A stretch of DNA of 11,757 nt from a bacterium (GTDB lineage Bacteria > Babelota > Babeliae > Babelales > RVW-14). The notes below the pieces were generated by a model. That model saw only the letters and a list, made by a program, of their open reading frames with translations. It was not told the origin of the DNA and ran no database searches. The translations under genes and the position numbers were made by a program. Location: NCBI GenBank assembly GCA_043822925.1, contig JBDRBF010000057.1, positions 1-11,757 of the forward strand, given 5' to 3'. Below are positions 1 to 6,945 of this stretch, one piece after another. Within the stretch, counting starts at the first letter, position 1, and each line of letters opens with the position of its first letter.

Positions 1-99
1 AGAATTTATCATTACAATCATTTTTTAAAATTTTGGATGCCTTGGGGTATTCATTCGTTCTCGAGAAACCAGGAAAAAACAAATCAAAAACTGAACGAA

Positions 100-1047
100 T
101 CACAATTTCGTATGCAACGGATACCCATCGAACCCAATAAATTGGCATTCAGCCTGCGGGATCATACCAAACTCGTTATACACAAGTTCTTGCATTTTAC
201 GAGCTAGGTCGATCACGTCCTGGGCTGTCGCCCCCGGGCTAGTAACAATCATATTGGCATGTTTATGCGAAACACAGGCTTTGCCAACACAAAGTGAACC
301 CTTAACGCCAATCTTATCAAGATAATAAGCAGTAAACGGCAACTTTTTGCCATTCACAAGATGAGTAATTTCGTGATCATGAAAATTTCTAAAAAAACTG
401 CCGCACGTACGCTCGGTAGGATATCGGCTATTACGGTGCCTGATAATCTGGTCACGGGCCCCTTGAGCATAGGCGCCACCCAGAACATCTGTTTTTTTAA
501 GTTTAAACGTAGCCTGAGTTACATAATACTGGCCCTCATGCAACTTGGACGTATCATAGCCAAAATTAAACCAAGTTTTATCAACCGACATAGATACGCC
601 GGTATCTTTATCGATAACACGGGCCCCAACAATAAAATCTGCAAAAAAACCACTAAAGTAGTGAATATTAATAAAAACGGAGCCACCAACACTACCCGGG
701 ATACCACTAAATTCTTCTAGGCCTACTAAATTTTTATCTAAACAGGCATCGATAAGCTCTTGAACCAGCACCCCAGCCCCACAGATAACCTGATCCTGTC
801 CGTCAAACATTATATCTTTGATAGCCGGGCGAATCACAAGCCCATCAAACCCAGCATCGCTGACCAAACTATTGGCCCCATCGCCGATAATAACCGTCTT
901 AAGCCCATGCTCACGGGCCAAACGCAACACATCCCCAAACTCTTGTTCTGTTTTAGGTTCTATAAAGTACCGGGCAGAACCCCCTACACGAAACCAATTT
1001 TTATCAACCAACGACACATTTTGTTCAAATTTACTGAGCGTATGCAT
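100..1047 (-). CDS. murB: UDP-N-acetylenolpyruvoylglucosamine reductase (MurB), divergent at some motifs
   Basis: 315-aa ORF with FRVGGSA, IIGDGANSLVSDAGFDGLVI (FAD-binding), GLEEFSGIPGSVGG, GSFFRN (catalytic Ser), KHANMIV and a C-terminal Glu (AEC). Confidence 0.95.
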   Translation of the reverse strand: MHTLSKFEQNVSLVDKNWFRVGGSARYFIEPKTEQEFGDVLRLAREHGLKTVIIGDGANSLVSDAGFDGLVIRPAIKDIMFDGQDQVICGAGVLVQELIDACLDKNLVGLEEFSGIPGSVGGSVFINIHYFSGFFADFIVGARVIDKDTGVSMSVDKTWFNFGYDTSKLHEGQYYVTQATFKLKKTDVLGGAYAQGARDQIIRHRNSRYPTERTCGSFFRNFHDHEITHLVNGKKLPFTAYYLDKIGVKGSLCVGKACVSHKHANMIVTSPGATAQDVIDLARKMQELVYNEFGMIPQAECQFIGFDGYPLHTKL

Positions 1048-1259
1048 GCAGGCGCACCTAATTTTATTGTTTTTAAGAACGGGGTAACAAATACGGCAAC
1101 CACAACATGATAGATTTTTTCTTCAAAACGTACAAATTTCTGTGATTATATTTTCTATTTATAATAAATCATTGAAAAGTATTAAGAGAAATTGATAATA
1201 TGAAATTGTACAGGGGGATAAATCTCAAGAAATACAAAAAACCGTGGTAGGAGAACATC

Positions 1260-2350
1260 ATGAAAAAATTACGCTATTTACTGCTGTCTGCAGGATTTAT
1301 TTTAAGCACAAGTACTCAAGCACAAGCAAATACACTTAAAAATATTATTGTGCATAACGATCCAGCACAAATCACACTGGAATTTTCACAACCAATAAAT
1401 TTTGAAAAAAAGTTTATTCAAGAGAAAATTCAGCTCAAAATCTATTTACATGATACAAAAATATTAAAAACGTTTCATCAAAAAATACTGGCTGAACTTG
1501 CTAAGTTAAGTTTTATTAAACAAGTGGATATTAAACAAAAAGCAAAGAATCACCTCTGCTCTGTTTTATGCGTCACACTCGTCAAAGATGAGACCAGCAG
1601 TATAGTTACAGGCTTTCACATAGAATGCATAAAAAAAGAAAACGCGCGCACACTTGTCATTAATATCTCAAAACAACAGCCACCTCATCTTATTGAGTCA
1701 GCCATAACATCGCTTGCGTCAAATAGTTCTTACCAAGACACGGCTAAAAAAAAAATACTCGAATTATAATAGACTGCTGTCCACAAAAAAATACGGATAG
1801 ACTCTCCACTCTTTTTACTGAAAAAATTGGACGCGATATTGCAAAAAATATTTACAAATTATTAAAACGCAATAACTATAATGCTCTTCTAGCTCAAGAA
1901 GAAAACTCACAAATCCCCTACGAACAAAAAATAGAACTCGCCAAACAATTAGAGGCCTGCATGGTTATTTCGTTATCTATTAATGCCCCGAGCTTAAAGT
2001 CTTTAATAACAAAGGCCCAGAACCAAGAAAGTACAATAAGTACTATAAATACACTTTATCCAGGATCAGCTACCCCACAAGCCACAAATCTCTCACAAAA
2101 TCTAGCCAACGAACTTAATAAATCTTTTATAAGCAACATGCAAGAAACACAAAATATCGTTCGCTATCTAGGCAAAAAACAGCTAGAACCTGTCATTTTC
2201 CCCACATCACAAACAGACATTGCATTTGTATCACTCGATATAGAGATACACAAAAACAATATTACACAGGCTGAAAACAAGTTTTTTCAGGTGCAATTTG
2301 CACAAAACATATATGCCGGAATCTGCCAATATCTTGCTAGCCAACAATAA
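1260..2350 (+). CDS. Exported AMIN-like + N-acetylmuramoyl-L-alanine amidase (Amidase_3)-like protein, split by a frameshift at an A10 tract; probably catalytically inactive
   Basis: SD AGGAG at 1249-1253 and signal peptide MKKLRYLLLSAGFILSTSTQAQA. Frame 0 stops at 1767-1769. The -1 frame is open from 1748 to 2350 and reads RIIIDCCPQ..TEKIGRDIAKNIYKLLKRNNYNALLAQEENSQIPYEQKIELAKQLEACMVISLSIN...QVQFAQNIYAGICQYL, matching the Amidase_3 pattern (IxID..EK..iA..l...L...vlltR..d..i.L..R...An...aDlfiSiHaN...lA.aI..gI..y). A10 run at 1746-1755. Confidence 0.7.
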
Positions 2351-2481
2351 AAAACCTGCTTAGCCCCTTTCTTATTTGGCCGAAAAGCTCTATACTTGTA
2401 CTACATTATTGACAAGAAAGCTCTTCTTAAATCATGATACAAGTGAAGACGTTGTGAAGAAAAATAAAAAGAGTCGTTTTC

Positions 2482-2531
2482 TTTGTCATCCTGCGTAGCC
2501 TTGTGCGAAGTAGGATCCGGGCCTTATAAAA
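2482..2531 (+). repeat. Orphan REP-like palindrome related to the GIY-YIG-flanking repeats
   Basis: TTTGTCATCCTG-CGTAGCCTTGTGCGAAG-TAGGATCC-GGGCCTT-ATAAAA. The first 12 nt are identical to the GIY-YIG IRs, and the AGGATCC..CCTTATAAAA end matches the reverse complement of the right IR plus its flank. Confidence 0.8.
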
Positions 2532-2547
2532 GAGAAAGAAAAAGATT

Positions 2548-3015
2548 ATGAATTCAAGTTTATCACTATCTCTCGAGCTTATATGTTTACTCTCTTGGCT
2601 TTTAAAAAACGAAAAACATATGCTTAACGATGTCGTCAAAGAAGCTATTAAAAATGGCCTCATACATGATATCAATAAGCTAGAACTCGAAGAAATGTCA
2701 AAAATAACAGAAGACCTTGATACTACAATTCTTGATTTTCTTATTTATCTTGAAGATTCTTTAGCAGACAATCTCAAAACAGTTCCATATCACGCAAAAG
2801 CTGAAACTGATATAACACCTACTCTTAAAAAAATTGAATCCATTGGTTTTAATCCAAACACTCTACGAACCAGTATTAAACAAGTAAAAGCTCAGATTAT
2901 AAAAGAAAAACAACATAATCCAAAAGTTTCAACTGATACTGAATATGCAAAACAGGTTTTATTCAAGCAAATTATCAAAAATTGGAAACCTTCCAGTAAA
3001 GACACCATGAACTAA
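2548..3015 (+). CDS. Hypothetical protein (155 aa, predicted helical)
   Basis: Long ORF with normal composition, followed by an intrinsic terminator. No motif recognised. Confidence 0.8.
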   Translation: MNSSLSLSLELICLLSWLLKNEKHMLNDVVKEAIKNGLIHDINKLELEEMSKITEDLDTTILDFLIYLEDSLADNLKTVPYHAKAETDITPTLKKIESIGFNPNTLRTSIKQVKAQIIKEKQHNPKVSTDTEYAKQVLFKQIIKNWKPSSKDTMN

Positions 3016-3032
3016 ACTCTAAACTTTAAGTC

Positions 3033-3076
3033 TGTCGGGCTTTTCGAATTTTAAGCTAAAAGCCCGACAATTTTTT
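3033..3076 (+). terminator. Rho-independent terminator
   Basis: 12-bp stem TGTCGGGCTTTT (3033-3044) / AAAAGCCCGACA (3058-3069), followed by a T6 run at 3071-3076, 17 nt after the stop codon. Confidence 0.8.
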
Positions 3077-3173
3077 GAAATTATTCTTTATTTTCCCATA
3101 TTTTTTCTCAGGGACTAAGCTCTTCCCCCTAAAAATGCCTAGAAATGGCACACTTCCAATCACTAATACCCTT

Positions 3174-3202
3174 TTGCAAACAATAACCAAACAATGTATA
3201 AT
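3174..3202 (+). promoter_or_regulatory. sigma70-type promoter for the 3277 gene
   Basis: TTGCAA (3174-3179)-N17-TATAAT (3197-3202); SD-like GGGGGA at 3265-3270. Confidence 0.65.
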
Positions 3203-3276
3203 AGATTAATCACATAGAGCTGCAAAATCAGCATTTTTATACAGGTATCAGCACAGTTATAAATGGGGGATCTAAT

Positions 3277-4122
3277 ATGAAAAAATTATCTATCAAGTTA
3301 CTCATAATCTTAACACTTAGTTTATCTTTTACGTTAAACATAATGCATGCTGAACTTATAGAAACATTCACATTTACCAATAACTATGGCACAAAAATTC
3401 TAGTCATTGGAGAAAGTCACGATGCTCGCTCAATATCTCAATTCACAGAATTATTAAACAAAAAAATTATTCTAGGCTCAGAAAAAGATTTTTCTTATTT
3501 ATTAGAACTTCCATCAGATCTTCCAGATACTGTACTTACAAAAAGCAAGGGACTACTGGACTATCTGCGCCTCAATAATATACCTAACTCAAAAAAAATA
3601 GATTGTGACAGGCTGCACACCTCACTTCAACTTTCATTCCCATTTGCCGAAATTTTCGAACAACCAATCTCAATCGAACTCATGAAAAAAATAGAAGTTT
3701 TTTTTACAAAACTTGGAACTTACGAAAAATACCCCCTACCTGGAAGCACGATCGCTTACGATTCGACATGCAAAGACCTAACTAAATATCAAACAATATT
3801 AAGTGCCGCAACTGCCGCACGCGACCGGGACAAAATCTTACGTATCATCAATGACTTTAGAACAAAATACAAAGATAATCAGGTAACAGTTCGCTTAGGC
3901 CTAGCCGTAACGCCCAATGGCATGCAAAACCGCAACCAAACAATGGCAAAAAACATCGCCGAATATAATCAAAAAAATAACGCAATATGCATTATTGGCA
4001 ACACCCACTTAAAAACAATCCACGACATTTTAAAATACCAATACAACATCAAAACACTGTCAGAAATAACAACCTATGAAACTGTGTTAAAAAATAATAA
4101 GCAAATTTTCTCATCAAACTAA
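3277..4122 (+). CDS. Secreted TraB/Tiki/EreA/ChaN-superfamily-like protein, paralog A (putative metallohydrolase)
   Basis: Signal peptide ending MHA|E. Motifs ILVIGESH, YLLE, KIDCD, RNQTMAKNI and ICIIGNTHL follow the GExH...E...D...RN/DxxM...vvGxxH pattern of this superfamily. Confidence 0.7.
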   Translation: MKKLSIKLLIILTLSLSFTLNIMHAELIETFTFTNNYGTKILVIGESHDARSISQFTELLNKKIILGSEKDFSYLLELPSDLPDTVLTKSKGLLDYLRLNNIPNSKKIDCDRLHTSLQLSFPFAEIFEQPISIELMKKIEVFFTKLGTYEKYPLPGSTIAYDSTCKDLTKYQTILSAATAARDRDKILRIINDFRTKYKDNQVTVRLGLAVTPNGMQNRNQTMAKNIAEYNQKNNAICIIGNTHLKTIHDILKYQYNIKTLSEITTYETVLKNNKQIFSSN

Positions 4123-4125
4123 AAT

Positions 4126-4188
4126 CTAGAATTTAAAACTAAGATCTTTAAGAGCTTGTCGCAATTCAAACATCGGCAAGCCCATAAT
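4126..4188 (-). repeat. Duplicated 3' end of maf (direct repeat of 6240-6302)
   Basis: 56/63 nt identical to 6240-6302, with the last 29 nt identical. The minus strand encodes IMGLPMFELRQALKDLSFKF*, versus IMGLPMFELRQVLKDLGFKF* in maf. Confidence 0.93.
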
Positions 4189-4237
4189 CGCTTTATAGCA
4201 CAATTCGCTTAAAATTGCTGCAGGAATAGCACTTTTC

Positions 4238-4266
4238 TTGATTTTGTACTATTCTTTTAGTACATT
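4238..4266 (+). promoter_or_regulatory. TA promoter with overlapping palindromic operator
   Basis: TTGATT (4238-4243)-N17-TACATT (4261-4266), overlapped by the inverted repeat TGTACTA (4245-4251)-N6-TAGTACA (4258-4264). Confidence 0.65.
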
Positions 4267-4302
4267 AATATCAAATTCAAAGAACTTAGAGAAAGATTTA
4301 GA

Positions 4303-4530
4303 ATGAAAAAAATATACATAGCATGGCAGGACACCGAATTTACAATCGAATGGTATTTCACTGCAAAAGGAGAAAGCCCTGCCTTAGAATATTTTGAAAA
4401 CCTAACCAAAAACCGCAAGAAAAAATTAACAAGCTTGTTCATAACAATAACGTCTTTAGGCAAAATCTTTAATAAAGAAAAGTTCAGGAGCGAAGGCGAT
4501 CAGATATACGCCTTCAAAAAGGAAAATATT
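4303..4530 (+). pseudogene. C-terminally truncated RelE/HigB-like (Gp49/DUF891-type) toxin, fused in frame to the downstream antitoxin
   Basis: FTIEWYFTAKGESPALEYFENL...LGKIFNKEKFRSEGDQIYAFK is the N-terminal half of this toxin type. The expected R(F/I)xxF...I.lTnaF.KK C-terminal half is absent, and there is no stop before the antitoxin ATG. Confidence 0.7.
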
Positions 4531-4854
4531 ATGAATAAAAAAACAAAAGTAAAAACAACCTGCGGGGAATTTCTCAAGTCACTCTCCCCAAAAGAAAGAA
4601 AGCTATTCGAAAAAGAACACAAAGAGTTCCTAATCTCTGAAATGCTTATTGCAGCCATGCAGAAAGATGATATCTCCGTAAGAAAACTCGCTGAACTTGC
4701 TGGCGTTTCATCTGCAATTGTGCAAAGCATCCGCGCGGGAACCCAAAAAAATATAACCCTAAAAACCCTCTATAAAATTGTACACGTTTTCGGCTATTCG
4801 CTAGCTCTAACAAAAGATAATGTTGTTGTGCCAATCGACATCGCACGCCTTTAA
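4531..4854 (+). CDS. XRE/HigA-like HTH antitoxin (107 aa)
   Basis: Own SD AAGGA (4519-4523) and ATG at 4531; HTH ISVRKLAELAGVSSAIVQSIRAGTQKNITLKTLYKIVHVFG. Confidence 0.85.
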   Translation: MNKKTKVKTTCGEFLKSLSPKERKLFEKEHKEFLISEMLIAAMQKDDISVRKLAELAGVSSAIVQSIRAGTQKNITLKTLYKIVHVFGYSLALTKDNVVVPIDIARL

Positions 4855-4874
4855 GTAATTCAAAAGGCTCTCGC

Positions 4875-5732
4875 ATGAAAAAATTATGTATAAAACTCGT
4901 ACTACTTATGGCCTTGAGCCTGTCTCTCGCCGTAAACACCGCTCACGCAGAACTTAAACAAATGTTTAAGCTAACCAATAAAAATGGCATAAGTATCCTC
5001 ATTATTGGAGAAACTCACTCAGAATATAGCAGAGATCAATTCAAAGACTTATTTGATAAGAAGATAATTGACGGAACAGAAAAAGATTTTTTTTATTTAC
5101 TCGAATTACCAGCTGATTTTTCCCTATACCTGAACCCTGGACGCGGCCTCATTGGCTATGTATGTAAAAGTCATTGGGACCCCATTGACAAAATTGGCAT
5201 AAAAAGCGATTTTATCGATTATAACTTTGAACACACGGCACTCAATCTTTCATATCCACTGAATAATCTGTTCGAAAATGATGCATCCATAGAAATTATA
5301 AACGAGTTTTTTACAAAACTTGGAACTTATACGGAAGAGGAAATACCTGATACGGGCATTTTTAATAATAACACAGCTATTTGCATGAACCTCATGGAAT
5401 ATAAAAAGGCCATAGAAGATGCGATCAAAGAACGCGCCCATGATAAATGCTTAAAAATCATCGCCGAATTCCACAACGACTGGTATAGTCTAATCGATAT
5501 CACTTTAGCACTGCAAATCACACCAAATGGCCTAAAAAACCGCAATCAATGCATGGCAAAAGCTATCGCCAAATGCAAATCGAAAAAGAACGTCATTTGC
5601 GTAGTTGGAAGCGCCCACCTAGAACCTATTCGTAAACTTTTAATAGATAAACACGAAATTAAAGCAGTTACAGAAATAGAAACTTGTGAAGACGTCTTAA
5701 AAAAAGAGAAACAAATATTCGTATCAAACTAA
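4875..5732 (+). CDS. Secreted TraB/Tiki/EreA/ChaN-superfamily-like protein, paralog B
   Basis: Signal peptide ending AHA|E; motifs ILIIGETH, YLLE, FIDY, RNQCMAKAI, ICVVGSAHL. Collinear with 3277-4122 (shared EKDF.YLLELP.D, FFTKLGTY, TPNG..NRNQ.MAK, KQIF.SN*). Confidence 0.75.
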   Translation: MKKLCIKLVLLMALSLSLAVNTAHAELKQMFKLTNKNGISILIIGETHSEYSRDQFKDLFDKKIIDGTEKDFFYLLELPADFSLYLNPGRGLIGYVCKSHWDPIDKIGIKSDFIDYNFEHTALNLSYPLNNLFENDASIEIINEFFTKLGTYTEEEIPDTGIFNNNTAICMNLMEYKKAIEDAIKERAHDKCLKIIAEFHNDWYSLIDITLALQITPNGLKNRNQCMAKAIAKCKSKKNVICVVGSAHLEPIRKLLIDKHEIKAVTEIETCEDVLKKEKQIFVSN

Positions 5733-5766
5733 AACTTCCTAATACTAGCCAGCCCTATTCTCATTA

Positions 5767-5803
5767 TTTGTCATCCTGGACTCGATCCAGGATCCAAGTC
5801 CTT
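5767..5803 (+). repeat. Left 37-bp inverted repeat (internally palindromic) flanking the GIY-YIG gene
   Basis: TTTGTCATCCTGGACTCGATCCAGGATCCAAGTCCTT, with internal hairpin ATCCTGGA-CTCGA-TCCAGGAT. 36/37 identical to the reverse complement of 6144-6180. Confidence 0.95.
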
Positions 5804-5807
5804 CTTC

Positions 5808-6113
5808 CTAATCCTCATCGTCTGGCCCAAAAATCTTTTCGTACAAATCTTCCCAATCTGGATTCCGTTGCTCTATCAAATCAATTTTCCACTGCCGAAG
5901 CCAACCTTTAAGTTGTTTTTCTCGAGCAATTACAGTATTAACGCAACATGATTGTTCAACATGCACCAATTTTTTCAAATCATATTTTTGAGTAAATCCT
6001 TTGACTAAGCCAAGTCTATGTTCTTGCATGCGACGTTTTAAATTATTGGTCATCCCAATATATAAGGTTCCACGGGGTTGATTGGTAAGAATGTAAACAA
6101 CATAGATCTTCAC
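5808..6113 (-). CDS. Stand-alone GIY-YIG nuclease family protein (101 aa)
   Basis: YVVYILTN...TLYIGMTNNLKRRMQEH...GFTQKY..KKLV..E...AREKQLKGWLRQWKIDLIE..NPDW.DL. Both Tyr motifs, the Arg and the metal-binding Glu are present. GTG start is uncertain. Confidence 0.93.
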   Translation of the reverse strand: MKIYVVYILTNQPRGTLYIGMTNNLKRRMQEHRLGLVKGFTQKYDLKKLVHVEQSCCVNTVIAREKQLKGWLRQWKIDLIEQRNPDWEDLYEKIFGPDDED

Positions 6114-6143
6114 AAATACTTGGCCCGTTTTTTTTATTTTTAT

Positions 6144-6180
6144 AAGGACTTGGATCCTGGATCAAGTCCAGGATGACAAA
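6144..6180 (-). repeat. Right 37-bp inverted repeat flanking the GIY-YIG gene
   Basis: AAGGACTTGGATCCTGGATCAAGTCCAGGATGACAAA, the reverse complement of 5767-5803 with one mismatch in the hairpin loop. Confidence 0.95.
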
Positions 6181-6239
6181 GAATATAAGAGAATTTGTCG
6201 TTTAGAAATTAGAAGCCTCAATTTATGGAATACAACTGA

Positions 6240-6872
6240 CTAAAACTTAAACCCAAGATCTTTAAGCACTTGGCGCAATTCAAACATCGGCAAGCCCATA
6301 ATTGAAGAGTAAGCCCCCTGAATCGACTTACAAAAATTTTGCCCAAAGCCTTCAATAATTGCCGCGCCGGCAGCGTGCATAACAAGCGGGACCTGTTTAA
6401 TAAAAAGATCTACATCGTCTTGGCCAACGACAAATTCAACACTTGCCACTGTTGTCCATGCTCTGGTTTCATCGCGCACCCATGCTCCATTTTCCCATTT
6501 TTTTCTTTCAAGGCAACAGCCAGTTGCAACTTCAACAGCTTCATTGCGATAAGTTTGCAGCATATAAAGCGCATGTTCTTTATCACGCGGTTTGCCAAAA
6601 ACCTGATGTGAGTTTTTTGTCCTGACCATCGTATCTGCTGTTAAAACAAAAATAGTATCGCCTGTTTTGTGAGCATCGTGTTCAGGCAAAATAAGACTGT
6701 CCATTTTGTGTTGTGCGATTGCAAGCACATAATTAGAAAAATCATGCTCTGTGTGCGTTGTAATTTGTTCGTCACTCGTATGATCAAGAACTTTAAATGT
6801 ATAACCGGTTTCTTCGAGTAATTTTTTTCGCGATTGAGATTGTGAACCAAGATATAATGTATCAATACTCAC
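6240..6872 (-). CDS. maf: Maf-family nucleoside triphosphate pyrophosphatase
   Basis: LYLGSQSQSRKKLL, LTADTMV, FGKPRDKEHA..ML, AGA..IEG.G, IQGAYSSIMGLP. Likely GTG start at 6872 with SD GGAG (6881-6878) 5 nt upstream. Confidence 0.92.
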   Translation of the reverse strand: MSIDTLYLGSQSQSRKKLLEETGYTFKVLDHTSDEQITTHTEHDFSNYVLAIAQHKMDSLILPEHDAHKTGDTIFVLTADTMVRTKNSHQVFGKPRDKEHALYMLQTYRNEAVEVATGCCLERKKWENGAWVRDETRAWTTVASVEFVVGQDDVDLFIKQVPLVMHAAGAAIIEGFGQNFCKSIQGAYSSIMGLPMFELRQVLKDLGFKF

Positions 6873-6945
6873 GTGTGCTCCAATATTTTTTTTATTTTTT
6901 AGATTTTTTCCCAGGAACAAAATTCACACCTAGGGTTAAAAACCA

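Larger units (their letters stand above)
5767..6180. mobile_element. Putative minimal mobile unit: IR-GIY-YIG-IR (414 bp)
   Basis: A single nuclease gene tightly enclosed by near-perfect palindromic IRs, lying between convergent genes. No target-site duplication is evident. Mobility is inferred. Confidence 0.55.

Noticed and set aside
1961-2350. Independent 129-aa gene
   Set aside because: The frame is open and amidase-like from 1748, and ATG 1961 is mid-domain. It is better explained as the frameshifted 3' half of the 1260 gene.
2409-2438. Possible promoter TTGACA-N18-CATGAT for the 2548 gene
   Set aside because: The -10 match is weak and such matches are frequent in AT-rich DNA.
5767-6180. 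Classical IS element or intron-encoded homing endonuclease
   Set aside because: No DDE/HUH/serine transposase, no TSD, no interrupted host gene, and the protein lacks an appended DNA-binding domain.
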